From assembly GCA_038150265.1 (NCBI GenBank), contig JAYOTF010000003.1, forward strand, positions 84,546-148,545: DNA of 64,000 nt. Direction: 5' to 3'. This DNA is from Deltaproteobacteria bacterium. GTDB lineage: Bacteria > SAR324 > NAC60-12. The position numbers and the translations under genes are program-made. The notes under the pieces were generated by a model. It searched no databases. It had not been told where the DNA came from and worked only from the letters and a program-made list of their open reading frames with translations. Shown one piece after another: positions 20,052 through 31,004 of the stretch. Each line of letters starts with the position of its first letter. Position 1 is the stretch's first letter.

Positions 20052-20438
20052 TCAGGCGACGGTGAGGCGGTCTCGGATGAGTCCAAAAAACTGCGACCCA
20101 CCTCCCGGGTCACGGACGTAGCGCCACCCGAGGTGCAGGTTGCACTGGAGGCAGTTCTGGATGATCCAGGCGAATCCCGGGAACCAGGTCTCTTCCAAAA
20201 TGGCAGGCGAGCGGTCCTGAAGCCCTTCGGCTTCATGCACCAGGATCAGGGTAAAGGAAAACCCAGCGGAGTTTTTGAAGAGGTGATACGGCGACTGCCC
20301 TTCCCAGCGGAACGCGTCCCGCAGGTTGGCAATTCGGGCCTGGCAGCCCTTGCAGTGCAGGAAGCGGTTGGGCGCCTGCCGCTCCCGGAGGCGCGCCTCC
20401 AGCTCTTCCGGAGGCGTTGGGGTGAAGCCAAGCCACAT
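20052..20438 (-). CDS. Cereblon-family CULT (thalidomide-binding) domain protein
   Basis: Two CxxC Zn pairs (CKGC, CLQC), FKNSAG, TWFPGFAW, HLGWRY and FFGLI. Confidence 0.88.
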   Translation of the reverse strand: MWLGFTPTPPEELEARLRERQAPNRFLHCKGCQARIANLRDAFRWEGQSPYHLFKNSAGFSFTLILVHEAEGLQDRSPAILEETWFPGFAWIIQNCLQCNLHLGWRYVRDPGGGSQFFGLIRDRLTVA

Positions 20439-20441
20439 CGG

Positions 20442-21293
20442 TCAGTCGAGGACCATGACCACGCGAGCTTCCTTGAGGAAGTTCAGAGACTTCGCCAGCT
20501 TCCGGATGGAGTTGGCGTCTTGATCTCGGACCACCACATCGGTCTGGTTGACACCGGAAGCGGAGACGGCCTTGATCATGAGCGGGCTCCCTTCCACACG
20601 GTCATTCGTGGACGCCTGCTCCGGGTCCTTGACGTAACCGGCCATGCCATGCCGTTTGACAAACTCCGCCTCCACATAGGCCGAGCCATAAAGCTCGCGC
20701 CCGGATTCGTCCAGCACCTTCGGAGACATCGCGGGCTGCAGGCCGGTTCCTCGGGCATCAATCACCAGGCCGGTATAAATGCGGCTCGGATCAATCTGGG
20801 TGGAGAGGCCTCCGGTTTCCGCTTCCGGACCGGGCACCGGCGTTGGCGGAGTCGCCGCGCGGTAGAGGTCATCGGGAATGATCTGACGGAGGGAGGCTTC
20901 CACACGAATCTTCACGCTGCCATCGGAAAAAAACCGGGGCGTTCCCACCGTCCGCAGGCCATAGAGCTTCCCCTGCACACGGGTCCGGATGGTGTCATCC
21001 GAAAGCATGGCGTCCTTCATGGTGGTGCTGGAGGTCAGGTTGATGCCCTGCAGCATCTCCAGAGCATTCCGGGCGGCATCAAGGCGGGCTGCTCGTTCGG
21101 CAGTGGCGTTCTTCTGAGCCTGGCTCCGGGCCTGACTCGAAGGGGCTCCCGCGCCTTCTGCGATCACCATCTGACGATCCCAGTCGATGCAGGCACCTGC
21201 GCCTTCTTGCGTACAGGCCTGATCCAGCGCTTGCGCCCAGAGCAACGGCGTGGTCAGAAAGAAGAGCGTGATGAGGGAGACGAATGTTTTCAT
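20442..21293 (-). CDS. Exported protein, LPP20-like
   Basis: Signal peptide; A-x-RAARLDA-x-R and YTGLVIDARG...PAMSPK motifs. Confidence 0.6.
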   Translation of the reverse strand: MKTFVSLITLFFLTTPLLWAQALDQACTQEGAGACIDWDRQMVIAEGAGAPSSQARSQAQKNATAERAARLDAARNALEMLQGINLTSSTTMKDAMLSDDTIRTRVQGKLYGLRTVGTPRFFSDGSVKIRVEASLRQIIPDDLYRAATPPTPVPGPEAETGGLSTQIDPSRIYTGLVIDARGTGLQPAMSPKVLDESGRELYGSAYVEAEFVKRHGMAGYVKDPEQASTNDRVEGSPLMIKAVSASGVNQTDVVVRDQDANSIRKLAKSLNFLKEARVVMVLD

Positions 21294-21436
21294 CCAAACC
21301 TTTCAGAGGGAGGGGATGGAATCAGCGGGGAGGCCGGTGTGGCTGGAACGCCGGACTCGCTTCATGGGCTTGTCCGGCGTCATGCATGGGGCACGCCAGT
21401 TGAGGGGATCAACCGACGTGTCAGCAGCAATCAGAC

Positions 21437-23515
21437 TCAGGCGTCTTTCATGCTCAGTTGCAGCTTCCCGCGCTTGTCAATGCCCATGGCCTTGACGGTC
21501 ACCAGGTCACCTTCCTTGAGGACATCCGAAACATTCTTGATGCGCTCGTTGGAGATGTTGGAGACGTGCACGAGGCCTTCGGTTCCCGGGAAGATTTCCA
21601 CAAAGGCGCCGAAGTCGACCACTTTTTTCACTGGACCGGTGTAGGTTTCCCCGATCTCAGCGGTCCGGGTGAGGTTCTGAACCATCTCCAGTGCCACGTC
21701 CACAGCCTTGTGATCGCGCGAGGAGAAGGAGACCACGCCGTCGTCATCGACGTTGATCTTGACACCCGTCTGCTCAACGATGCCCTTGATGACCTTTCCA
21801 CCTGGACCGATCACGGCACCGATCTTGTCCTGCGGAATCTTGTGGGTCACGAAGCGTGGAGCAAATCCGGACAGCGCCTGACGCGGTCCTTCGATTTCCT
21901 GGTTCATGATGCCGAGGATGTGCATGCGGCCCTCTTGAGCCTGGTGCATGGCCCGCTCGACGATCTCCTTGGACAGGCCCTTGATCTTGATGTCCATCTG
22001 CAGCGCGGTGACACCGTTTTCGGTTCCCACGACCTTGAAGTCCATGTCGCCCAGGTGGTCCTCGTCCCCCAGGATGTCGGAGAGGATCTCCGATTCGCCA
22101 GTGGCTTCGTCATAGATCAAGCCCATGGCGATTCCGGCAGCACTGCGCTTGAGGGGCACACCAGCGTCCATCAGCGCCATGGATCCCGAACAGACGGTGG
22201 CCATGGAAGAGGAGCCGTTGGACTCGAGCACCTCAGCGACCAGGCGGATCGTGTACGGGAAGGCCTCTTTGGTCGGCAGCAGCGGGCTCAGGCCACGCTC
22301 GGCCAGGGTGCCGTGTCCGATTTCCCGACGTCCCGGCGGGCGCGGCGGGCGGGCTTCTCCGACTGAGAAGGCCGGGAAGTTGTAGTGCAGCATGAAGTTC
22401 TTGAAGGACACGCCTTCAATGGCATCCAGCATCTGCTCGTCTTCGCGGGTCCCGAGGGTCGCCAGAGAGAGCACCTGCGTTTCACCACGGGTGAAGAGTC
22501 CGGAGCCATGCGTCCGTGGCGCGACCCGGGTTTCACAGGTAATCGGGCGGATGTCCTTCGGACCCCGTCCGTCAATGCGGAGTTTGTCCTTGAGGATCGC
22601 CTCACGCATGCCGTTCTTCTTGATTTCGCCGAGGATCTCCTTGACTTCCTTCTTCTGGTCGGAGTCGGGCTCGCTGCCGAGCACTTCCGTGATCACTTCT
22701 TCCGCGAGGGAATCCATGCGTCCGTAGCGCTCCTGCTTGTCCTGAATGCGCAGGGCTTCCTGCACACGAGACAGGGCGACCTCTTCCACCTTCGCCTTCA
22801 GCTCTTCGTTGACGGGCGGCGGCTCAATGACGCGCTTGGGCTTGCCACAGCGCTTCACCAGCTCTTCCTGCATGTCAATGATGGGCTGGATCTGCTCGTG
22901 TCCGTACCACAGGGCGTCGAGCATCACCGACTCCGGAACCTCTTTCGACTCTCCTTCCACCATCAGGATGGCGTCTCGGGAGCCGGCCATGAAGATGTTC
23001 AGCTCGCTCTCTGCGAGTTGCTCCGGGCTGGGGTTGGTGATGAACTCCCCGTCGATGCGTCCCACGCGGATGCCACCGATGGGGTTGTGGAAGGGGATGT
23101 CCGAGAGGCAAAGGGCCGCAGAGGCACCAATCATTGCCGACACATCTGAAGGATTCTTCAGGTCGGTGCTGAGCACGGTGGCCATGATCATCGTCTCGGC
23201 CATGTAGTGCTCTTCAAACGACGGACGCAGGGGCCGGTCGATCAGACGCGAGGTCAGCGTCTCTCGGTCGGTCAGCTTGCCTTCGCGCTTGAAGAAGCCT
23301 CCGGGGATGCGCCCAGCGGCGTAGAACTTCTCAATGTAGTGCACGGAGAGGGGGAAAAATTCCGCTCCGATGCCGCTGCCTTTGGCAGCTGTGGCGGCCA
23401 CCAGCACCATTGTGTCTCCATACCGGACCACAACGGAACCGTTTGCCTGTTTGGCCATCCGCCCCGTCTCAATGGAGAAGGTGGCGTTTCCAAACTGAGT
23501 TTCAACAACTTCCAT
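21437..23515 (-). CDS. pnp: Polyribonucleotide nucleotidyltransferase (PNPase)
   Basis: [14 protein letters not shown](I)[12 protein letters not shown] and GDMDFKV motifs, plus KH and S1 domains. Confidence 0.98.
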   Translation of the reverse strand: MEVVETQFGNATFSIETGRMAKQANGSVVVRYGDTMVLVAATAAKGSGIGAEFFPLSVHYIEKFYAAGRIPGGFFKREGKLTDRETLTSRLIDRPLRPSFEEHYMAETMIMATVLSTDLKNPSDVSAMIGASAALCLSDIPFHNPIGGIRVGRIDGEFITNPSPEQLAESELNIFMAGSRDAILMVEGESKEVPESVMLDALWYGHEQIQPIIDMQEELVKRCGKPKRVIEPPPVNEELKAKVEEVALSRVQEALRIQDKQERYGRMDSLAEEVITEVLGSEPDSDQKKEVKEILGEIKKNGMREAILKDKLRIDGRGPKDIRPITCETRVAPRTHGSGLFTRGETQVLSLATLGTREDEQMLDAIEGVSFKNFMLHYNFPAFSVGEARPPRPPGRREIGHGTLAERGLSPLLPTKEAFPYTIRLVAEVLESNGSSSMATVCSGSMALMDAGVPLKRSAAGIAMGLIYDEATGESEILSDILGDEDHLGDMDFKVVGTENGVTALQMDIKIKGLSKEIVERAMHQAQEGRMHILGIMNQEIEGPRQALSGFAPRFVTHKIPQDKIGAVIGPGGKVIKGIVEQTGVKINVDDDGVVSFSSRDHKAVDVALEMVQNLTRTAEIGETYTGPVKKVVDFGAFVEIFPGTEGLVHVSNISNERIKNVSDVLKEGDLVTVKAMGIDKRGKLQLSMKDA

Positions 23516-23791
23516 TCATTCCTCGTGAAAGGGATTGAGGCAGCACTCTGCACTGTCTTCCTGGCCCTGATTCGGTCAAAAACAAGGTACGCTCAGGCAT
23601 CCGGAACTTACGAGAACGGTAGAAAGTTGGGAGGACCAAGAGGAAATAAAAAAGGGGGCAGGGCAGTCGTGCTGCAGAACATGCGGGGATTGGATGCAGC
23701 TTCACGCTGAAGAAGCCTGAAGCTTTCGGGAACCAGGGGAGGCGCCCCGCCATCGCGAACTCCCTCCCGAAACTGACACTCCGGATGCCAG

Positions 23792-24061
23792 TCAGCGGCT
23801 GCGAATCTGCAGGCGCTGGGTAATTGCGGTAAACTGAGCCGTGTCACGGGATTTCAGGTAGCTCAGGAAGCTGCGGCGCTGGCCGACCAACTTGAGGAGG
23901 CCTCGGCGTGAGCTGAAGTCCTTCGGCTGCTGCTTCAGGTGTTCGGTCAGGTACTGGATGCGTGCGGTGAGCATCGCAATCTGCACCTCGGTCGAGCCGG
24001 TGTCATTTTGGTTCTTTCCGAACTCTTTGATGATATTTTCTTTGTCTTCTTTCGTCAGCAT
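23792..24061 (-). CDS. rpsO: 30S ribosomal protein S15
   Basis: DTGSTEVQIAMLT and SRRGLLKLVGQRR. Confidence 0.97.
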   Translation of the reverse strand: MLTKEDKENIIKEFGKNQNDTGSTEVQIAMLTARIQYLTEHLKQQPKDFSSRRGLLKLVGQRRSFLSYLKSRDTAQFTAITQRLQIRSR

Positions 24062-24065
24062 CTAG

Positions 24066-24977
24066 TCAATTCTCCTGAAAAAACACCCGTTCGGGCTGAA
24101 AAGAGCAACACGCATCATCCCACATTAAGCGTCCAACCGCAATGAGATTCTGCAGGGAATCGATGGCTTTTGCTGGAACCGTCGGCCGGGCTCCTTCTGC
24201 ACCGAGTAAAGGGGTGGGCAAATCCGGAATGGCAATCGCCTGCCCTCGTGCCAAACGCACCCGATCCGGCTCTGCCACCGAGACCGTCTGCCAGTCGGTC
24301 AGCAGGTCAACCGGATTCAGAGCCAGAAGGGAGTCGGACTCCCTCCGGAAGCGCTCCAGCTCCACCGCGTTGGCCTCTGTGAACCAGGGCCCACAGGCGA
24401 CTCGCCGCAGTTGAACCAGGTGAGCGCCAACTCCCAGCTCCTGACCCCAGTCGTCGGCAATGGTCCGGATGTACGTTCCTGCGGAGCAGTGCACCCGAAA
24501 CGTCACTTCTGGTCCCTCCACCTGCAGGATCTCCAGCTCATGAATGGTCACCTCTCGACTCTTGCGTGCCACGGCTTCTCCCTGCCGAGCCCGCTTGTAA
24601 GAAGGCTGCCCATCGATCTTGACCGCCGAGTAGATCGGTGCCAGCTGCTGCACCGTCCCAACAAACTGAGCGCCCACCTGCTGAATGGCGGCCTCCGTGA
24701 CAGCGCGTGGATCGCACTCGGCGACCACTTGCCCTTCGCTGTCAAACGTATCCGTCCGCTGCCCCAACCGCAGGGTGGCAACGTAGGTCTTGTCCACGTG
24801 ATTGAAGTACGGAATCAGGCGGGTGGCCTTCCCCAGGAAAACCGGGAGCAGCCCTGAAGCAAACGGGTCCAGGGTGCCGAGGTGTCCGGCCTTCCGTTCC
24901 CGGAGGCGCCCTCGCACAAACTTGACCACATCAAAGGAGCTCCAGCCGACAGGCTTATCAATGTTGTAGACCTGCAA
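24066..24977 (-). CDS. truB: tRNA pseudouridine(55) synthase
   Basis: GHLGTLDPFASG, YSAVK and CSAGTYIR. TTG start. Confidence 0.95.
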   Translation of the reverse strand: MQVYNIDKPVGWSSFDVVKFVRGRLRERKAGHLGTLDPFASGLLPVFLGKATRLIPYFNHVDKTYVATLRLGQRTDTFDSEGQVVAECDPRAVTEAAIQQVGAQFVGTVQQLAPIYSAVKIDGQPSYKRARQGEAVARKSREVTIHELEILQVEGPEVTFRVHCSAGTYIRTIADDWGQELGVGAHLVQLRRVACGPWFTEANAVELERFRRESDSLLALNPVDLLTDWQTVSVAEPDRVRLARGQAIAIPDLPTPLLGAEGARPTVPAKAIDSLQNLIAVGRLMWDDACCSFQPERVFFQEN

Positions 24978-24982
24978 CCGGC

Positions 24983-25342
24983 TCAGGATCCTTCAGGAGG
25001 GAGGGCGTGTTTGCGGATGAGGGCATCCATCTCTTCGCTGTAATCGAATCCACCGTCGAAGATGAAGTGCAGGCGCGGGGTGTTTCGGGTCTTCAGCACG
25101 CGGCCCAACTGGGCACTGAAGAATCCGGACGCCTTGTTGAGAGACGCCTCGACCGCCTCATGCCCATCGCTGGGGAACATGGAGAAGTGAATCTTGGCAA
25201 AGCTGGCATCCGGAGCCGCCTCCACTCGGGTAATGGTCACCTTCCCGAAGCGCGGGTCCTTGCTTTCCCGAAGCAGGATCTCCGAAAGTCGGCGCTGAAT
25301 CAGCGCACTCTTGTTGGTCTTTCGATTGCTGGGCCGGTGCAT
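24983..25342 (-). CDS. rbfA: Ribosome-binding factor A
   Basis: KDPR and TPRLHF motifs; position between infB and truB. Confidence 0.9.
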   Translation of the reverse strand: MHRPSNRKTNKSALIQRRLSEILLRESKDPRFGKVTITRVEAAPDASFAKIHFSMFPSDGHEAVEASLNKASGFFSAQLGRVLKTRNTPRLHFIFDGGFDYSEEMDALIRKHALPPEGS

Positions 25343-25345
25343 GGC

Positions 25346-28030
25346 TTAGAGCTTGGCCGCTTCTTCGACGCGCTCAAAGACCTCCACCACGTCTCCCACT
25401 TCGATCTCCGGGAAGTCCATGACAATGCCGCACTCGTAGTTCTGAGCAACCTCACGGACGTCATCCTTGAAGCGCTTCAGCGAGGCAATGTGTCCATTGT
25501 AGACCACCTTGTTGTTCCGGAGCACACGCGCCAGCCCGTTACGGGTGATCTTGCCATCGGTGACCAGGCCCCCAAAGACCATGCCCTGCTTGGCTGAGCT
25601 GAAGATGGCCCGGATCTCACAGTGCCCAATGACCTCTTCGCGGATCTCGGGCGCCAGCAGGCCTTCCATCGCAGCCCGGACATCGTCAATCGCATCATAG
25701 ATGACCGTGTAGAGCCGGACATCGACGCCTTCGCGAGACTTCGCTTCCTTACCCTTTGCATCCAGGTTAACGTTGAAGCCGATGATGATGGCATCCGACG
25801 CCGACGCCAGGGTCACATCCGTCTCGGTCACGTTCCCGACTCCGGAGTGAATGAAGCGCACGGTGACCTTCTCGGTACCCAGCTGAGCAATGGCATTCTG
25901 GAGTGCTTCAGCAGAGCCCTGCACGTCGGCCTTGACGACCACCTTCAGCTCCAGCTGCTCGTTCTCTCCCATTTGGGTAAACAGGTTCTCCAGGGTCGTC
26001 TTCTGCTGAGCCGAAATGGCCTGCTCACGCTGACGCTGGAGCCGCTCATCCGCCAGCTGGCGCGCGGCCTTTTCGTCTGCCAGAACCACAAACTGTTCGC
26101 CCACTTCCGGAACATCATTGAGCCCCGAGATTTCTGCAGGCAGAGCAGGGGTGACCTCCTTGACGGATTTGCCGCGGTCGTTGAACATGGCCCGGACCCG
26201 TCCGTAGGTGCTGCCCACCACAAAGAAGTCGCCCACCTTGAGGGTGCCCCGCTGCACCAGCACGGTTGCCACCGCGCCCTGGCCGCGGCTGATGCGGGAC
26301 TCGATGATTGTGCCGCGCGCGTTGCCCTGCGCCGTGGACGTCAGTTCCAGCACCTCCGCCTGCAACTGGATCATCTCCAGCAGGTTATCGATGCCCGTCC
26401 CGGCCTTGGCGGAAACGTCCACAAAGATTGTGCTGCCGCCGTACTCTTCTGGAACCAGCTCATGCGAGAGCAGTTCCTGACGGATGCGGTTCGGGTCAGC
26501 TTCCGGACGGTCCACCTTGTTGACGGCCACAATGATCGGAACATCAGCGGCCTTGGCGTGGTTGATGGCCTCAATCGTCTGCGGCTGCACGCGGTCATCG
26601 GCAGCCACCACGAGGACCACCAGGTCGGTCACCGTTGCTCCCCGTGCTCGCATGGCAGAGAACGCCTGGTGCCCGGGTGTGTCCAGGAAGGTGATGTTGA
26701 AGCCGCCGGCCTCAACGTGATACGCCCCAATGTGCTGGGTGATGCCACCGGCCTCGCGGTCGGCAATCTGCGTGGAGCGGATGGTATCCAGAAGCGAGGT
26801 CTTCCCGTGGTCGACGTGTCCCATGATGGTCACGATGGGAGCCCGGGACTCCATCTCTTCTTCTTCTGGTGTGTCTTCCTTCACCAGGTCTTCGAGCTCA
26901 AAGGCTTCAAACTCGACATCAATGCCAAACTCAGCAGCCAGCAGCACAGCGGTTTCCCCCGGAATGTTCTGGTTGACCGTGGCCATCACGCCCATGAGCA
27001 TGAGCTTCTTGATGAGTTCTGTTGCCTTGACTCCCAGCAGGCCCGCCAGCTCCGACAGCGTGACCTGGTTGCCAATCTTGATGCTCTTGCGACGGGGGTT
27101 GAAGGTGTGCTTGGGCGCCTCATCGACATCAATGCCTCCACGCCGAGCCCTGGAGCGGCCTCGGTCCTTGCGACGGCGACGGCCATCTTCGTCACTGGAG
27201 TAGTAGTCCCGGAACTGACGCTTCTTGTCGCCGGTTTTCTTGTTCGCGGCGGACTTGACGTCCTCTTCGCCGTCAGCGTCCTGCTTCTCTCGGTCAGGCT
27301 TGCCTGCTTTACGGTCCGGACGAGCGGCCGGCTTGGCGTCTCGCTTGCTTTTCGAATCGGCCACCGGTTCCGGTTTGGCAGCAGGGGCCTCGGCTGGCTT
27401 GGCCTTCTTCGGCTCAGGCTGGGGGGCTTCTTGAGCGGGCGCCGGAGCCTCGGCTTTTGCCGGTTCCGCAGCCTGTGCTTTCGGAGCAGGTTCTGGCGTT
27501 TCCTTCGGGGCAGCAGGGGCTTCCGGTTCCGGAGGAGCCTCAGCAGCAGCGGGCGCTTCCGGCTCGGCAGCCGGATCCTTGACCTTGACCTTGACCGGGG
27601 CTTCTTCCGCCGGAGCGGCTTCCGGAGCCTCAGCTTCCTGAGCCTCGGAGTCCTCAGGAGACGCTTCGGCCTCCGGATCGACGCTCTTGCGGCGGATGCG
27701 GCGGGGGCGCTCCTCTTCGTGCTCCTGGACGTTCTTGGCCGTAACCGTGATGATCCGTGGCTTCTCCTCGTCTCCTTCTTCCGGAGGCGCTTCTGGAGCC
27801 GGCTCGCTGGTACGGCGGGTGGAGATGACGCGACGGGCAGTCCGTACTTTCGTCGGGGAAGTCTTCGGCTCCGGAGCAGCCATCAGCTTACGGGCGAGGA
27901 CCACTTGCTCATCGGTCAGATGATCAAAGGGTTTCTCAACGGCAATGCCGCCTTTACGGAGCTGCTGGACCATCTGCTTGGCTGGCAGATTGAACTCTTT
28001 GGCCAGCTCAAACACTCGAATTTCCGACAT
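25346..28030 (-). CDS. infB: Translation initiation factor IF-2
   Basis: [24 protein letters not shown] and NKVD, with a long Pro/Ala/Glu-rich N-terminal region. Confidence 0.98.
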   Translation of the reverse strand: MSEIRVFELAKEFNLPAKQMVQQLRKGGIAVEKPFDHLTDEQVVLARKLMAAPEPKTSPTKVRTARRVISTRRTSEPAPEAPPEEGDEEKPRIITVTAKNVQEHEEERPRRIRRKSVDPEAEASPEDSEAQEAEAPEAAPAEEAPVKVKVKDPAAEPEAPAAAEAPPEPEAPAAPKETPEPAPKAQAAEPAKAEAPAPAQEAPQPEPKKAKPAEAPAAKPEPVADSKSKRDAKPAARPDRKAGKPDREKQDADGEEDVKSAANKKTGDKKRQFRDYYSSDEDGRRRRKDRGRSRARRGGIDVDEAPKHTFNPRRKSIKIGNQVTLSELAGLLGVKATELIKKLMLMGVMATVNQNIPGETAVLLAAEFGIDVEFEAFELEDLVKEDTPEEEEMESRAPIVTIMGHVDHGKTSLLDTIRSTQIADREAGGITQHIGAYHVEAGGFNITFLDTPGHQAFSAMRARGATVTDLVVLVVAADDRVQPQTIEAINHAKAADVPIIVAVNKVDRPEADPNRIRQELLSHELVPEEYGGSTIFVDVSAKAGTGIDNLLEMIQLQAEVLELTSTAQGNARGTIIESRISRGQGAVATVLVQRGTLKVGDFFVVGSTYGRVRAMFNDRGKSVKEVTPALPAEISGLNDVPEVGEQFVVLADEKAARQLADERLQRQREQAISAQQKTTLENLFTQMGENEQLELKVVVKADVQGSAEALQNAIAQLGTEKVTVRFIHSGVGNVTETDVTLASASDAIIIGFNVNLDAKGKEAKSREGVDVRLYTVIYDAIDDVRAAMEGLLAPEIREEVIGHCEIRAIFSSAKQGMVFGGLVTDGKITRNGLARVLRNNKVVYNGHIASLKRFKDDVREVAQNYECGIVMDFPEIEVGDVVEVFERVEEAAKL

Positions 28031-28064
28031 GATAAATCAGGCTTGGACTATGGTTGAGCGGGTC

Positions 28065-29291
28065 TCAGTCTGCTGAGGTCGCTTGAATGGCTTCAGGATC
28101 CGTCGCATCCGAAGGCTCGGGCTCAGACGCCTGAGGGGCTTCTGGGTCCTCAGTGGGCTCCACGGCAGAAGGCTCGGGCTCGGTCGGCTGTGCTTCCTCT
28201 CGGGCACGGGCTTCTCCGAGCTGCTGACGGATCTGCTCCTCAATCGTCAGCTTTTCTTGCTCTGACGATGTCACATTGATTTTGTAGCCCACCAGCTTGG
28301 AAGCAAGGCGGACGTTCACGCCCTGGCGCCCAATGGCCAGGGACAGTTGACTCGGGTCGACCACCACATGAATCTCTCGGGCTTCCTCGAGGATCTCCAT
28401 GGATTCCACTTCGGCCGGAGCCAACGCGTTCCGGGCGTAGGTGTCGATGTCGTCACTCCAGCGGACGATGTCCACCTTTTCTCCATGCAACTCGCTGACA
28501 ATCGCCTGCACCCGAGCCCCCCGGAGTCCCACACAGGCGCCTACGGGGTCGATGTCTTCATCATTGGTAAAGACCGAAATCTTGGCGCGCTTCCCCGGCT
28601 CCCGGGCCGAGTGGATGATCTCCACAACGCCGTCAAAAATTTCCGGAACCTCCATCTCGAACAGCTTCACCAGCATCCCCGGATGCGTCCGGGAGATGGT
28701 CAGCTGCGAGGCCTTTTGCGGATTGTTGTTGACATCCAGCAGCAGCACCCGGATGTGGTCGCCTTGCGAAAAGCGCTCTCCCGGAATCTGCTCCCGCTTG
28801 AAGAGGTAGGCTTCTGTGCGGTTGAGGAAGTTGATGGCAATGCGGCCGTTGGACTCGGTTCGCTGCACGGTGCCGGTGATGATCTCGCCCTTCCGCTTGT
28901 TGAAGGTCTCCACCACCATGTCCCGCTCGGCTTCGCGGATGTTCGAGAAGATGAACTGGCGGGCAGAGCGGGCAATGCGCTCCAGCTCTCGGTCTGGAAT
29001 CTCACACTCGACTTCGTCTCCGGGTTGGGCCTCCGGGTCCATTTCCTGAGCGTCTTCCAGCGCAATCTCGTTGTGCCGGTCTTCGACGACATCCACGACT
29101 TCCTTGAAGTGGAACAGCTCAATCTGCCCCGTCTTGGGGTGGATGCGCCCCTCAATGGCAATGTAGGGCAGTTTCTTCCGAGCGGCCTCCACCAGGGACT
29201 CTTCGAGCACGTGCGTCACGACTTCTCGATCCAGCCCTTTTTCTTTGGAAACTTCGTTGATGATGTCTAACAGGTTATCTTTCAAGGCCAA
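28065..29291 (-). CDS. nusA: Transcription termination/antitermination factor NusA
   Basis: REPGKRAK, DPVGACVG, LAIGRQGVNVRLA. TTG start. Confidence 0.96.
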   Translation of the reverse strand: MALKDNLLDIINEVSKEKGLDREVVTHVLEESLVEAARKKLPYIAIEGRIHPKTGQIELFHFKEVVDVVEDRHNEIALEDAQEMDPEAQPGDEVECEIPDRELERIARSARQFIFSNIREAERDMVVETFNKRKGEIITGTVQRTESNGRIAINFLNRTEAYLFKREQIPGERFSQGDHIRVLLLDVNNNPQKASQLTISRTHPGMLVKLFEMEVPEIFDGVVEIIHSAREPGKRAKISVFTNDEDIDPVGACVGLRGARVQAIVSELHGEKVDIVRWSDDIDTYARNALAPAEVESMEILEEAREIHVVVDPSQLSLAIGRQGVNVRLASKLVGYKINVTSSEQEKLTIEEQIRQQLGEARAREEAQPTEPEPSAVEPTEDPEAPQASEPEPSDATDPEAIQATSAD

Positions 29292-29306
29292 CCTCGTTAT
29301 TTTGGA

Positions 29307-29774
29307 CTAAAATGGTAGCTTCGGATCCAGCCTCGCCTTGGAGATGGCCTCGAAGGGAATGCGGATTTCAGTGCCCTCGGGCTCAAGCGCCACCTCAATG
29401 GCGTCGGCGTCACAAGACACCAAGGTGCCTCCTCCCTTGCGAATCCCCTCGCTCTCGTGGCGGAGGCGGAACCGAATGCGCTGTCCCTGGAAACGTTCAA
29501 AGTGCTCGCGGCGTGTGAGCGGACGGAAGATTCCGGGAGAGGAGACTTCCAGGCGGTAGGCTTCTGGAATCGGATCCCGCTCATCCAGCAGGGGTTGAAC
29601 TGCATCATTGACTGCGACACAATCCTCCAGGCGAATGCCCTCCGGATGATCGATCAGCAGCCGGAGCACCCGACCTTTGCCTTCTTTTTGAAATTCGACC
29701 CCCAGCAACTCGAAACCCGCCTGCGCGACCGGGGGCTCCAACAGATCCTGAAGGGCATCTTGTGTGATTGCCAT
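29307..29774 (-). CDS. rimP: Ribosome maturation factor RimP
   Basis: YRLEVSSPG..RPL motif; first gene of the nusA operon. Confidence 0.93.
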   Translation of the reverse strand: MAITQDALQDLLEPPVAQAGFELLGVEFQKEGKGRVLRLLIDHPEGIRLEDCVAVNDAVQPLLDERDPIPEAYRLEVSSPGIFRPLTRREHFERFQGQRIRFRLRHESEGIRKGGGTLVSCDADAIEVALEPEGTEIRIPFEAISKARLDPKLPF

Positions 29775-29833
29775 GTGTTCGGAACCGGGATTGACGGCCC
29801 CGTAGGAGATTTGGCGAAATACGACAAACGATC

Positions 29834-29863
29834 TTTATACCATACTTTTCCCGAGTTTGTCGA
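29834..29863 (-). promoter_or_regulatory. Sigma70 promoter with extended -10 for the rimP-nusA-infB operon
   Basis: TCGACA-N18-TATAAA with TG one base upstream of the -10. Confidence 0.6.
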
Positions 29864-30031
29864 TGATTTTTTCCGCTTAACCCCAGTGATTCGTTAGGAG
29901 TTTCCCCCTTAAACCCGCCCGGGCGAAGGGTTGCGCTTGCAAAAACTCGGTGTCTGAAGGAAAGATACTCCCTGGACCCCATCGACTCTGATTCCATCAG
30001 CTACCCTGACGCCTGCGATTTAAGGAGATTC

Positions 30032-30952
30032 ATGAGACACCTACTTACCCTCTTGGACTGGACTTCGGAAGAACTGACCAACAACCTGGCGCTGGCCGCG
30101 GAACTCAAGCGCGGCGTCCGGGCCCGGGAGTTCCCCACCCTGCTCAGCAATCGGCAGTACGGACTGATCTTCCACAAGAACTCCTTGCGGACACGGGTTT
30201 CATTCGAGGTGGGAATTCGGCAGCTGGGGGGAGAGTCGATGGTGCTCACCGAGCAGGACTTCAAGCTGGGAGAGCGCGAATCCATCGCTGATGTCGCTCG
30301 GGTGCTGTCGCGGTACGTGGACGGGATCCTGATCCGGACCTTCCGTCACCAGGCCGTTGAGGAGCTGGCGCGCTACGCTCAGGTTCCGGTCGTGAACATG
30401 CTCACTGACTTCAGCCACCCCTGCCAGATCCTGGCAGACGCCCTGACCATCATGGAGCACCGCGGGCAACTGGAGCACACCAAGGTCGCCTACCTCGGTG
30501 ACGGCAACAACGTCACCAACTCCTGGATCAACCTGGCGGCTCGCATTCCCCTGGACCTCCGGATTGGCACCTCGCCCCAGACGGAGCCGGACCCGCAGCT
30601 CATGGAGCAGGCCCGCCAAGCGGGGCTCTCCAGGATTGAGGTCTTCCACCGTGCCGAGGAGGCGGTTGAAGGCGCCGATGTGCTCTACACCGATGTCTGG
30701 GCCAGCATGGGGGAGAAGGACAAAACCGACGAGCGTCGGGCCTTGCTCAGGGATTTCCAAATCAATGCAAACCTGCTACGATACGCAGCATCAGACGCCT
30801 TGGTGATGCACTGCCTGCCAGCCGAACGCGGCGTTGAGATTACTGACGAGGTTCTGGATGGGCCCCAGTCCGTAATCCTGGACCAAGCCGAAAACCGCCT
30901 CCACGCCCAAAAAGCCGTGCTGGTGCAACTGGACCGCTGGCACAATTCCTAA
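30032..30952 (+). CDS. argF: Ornithine carbamoyltransferase
   Basis: SLRTR carbamoyl-phosphate motif, HPCQ, DVWASMG, HCLP and QAENR. Confidence 0.93.
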   Translation: MRHLLTLLDWTSEELTNNLALAAELKRGVRAREFPTLLSNRQYGLIFHKNSLRTRVSFEVGIRQLGGESMVLTEQDFKLGERESIADVARVLSRYVDGILIRTFRHQAVEELARYAQVPVVNMLTDFSHPCQILADALTIMEHRGQLEHTKVAYLGDGNNVTNSWINLAARIPLDLRIGTSPQTEPDPQLMEQARQAGLSRIEVFHRAEEAVEGADVLYTDVWASMGEKDKTDERRALLRDFQINANLLRYAASDALVMHCLPAERGVEITDEVLDGPQSVILDQAENRLHAQKAVLVQLDRWHNS

Positions 30953-31004
30953 AGGACACACCGTTCGTTTGTCTCCCCCCAGCCTCTCGATACAGAAAGG
31001 AAAA

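Noticed and set aside
27360..27680. Quasi-repeats encoding EPEAPAA in infB
   Set aside because: Ordinary low-complexity IF-2 linker, not a CRISPR or tandem array.
25622..28057. 811-aa plus-strand ORF
   Set aside because: Antisense shadow of infB; high-GC codon bias suppresses stops on the opposite strand, and it has no motifs.
30032..30952. N-acetyl- or N-succinylornithine transcarbamylase (ArgF') call from the SLRT motif
   Set aside because: The DxxxSMG ornithine-binding motif is intact, which indicates a true OTCase.
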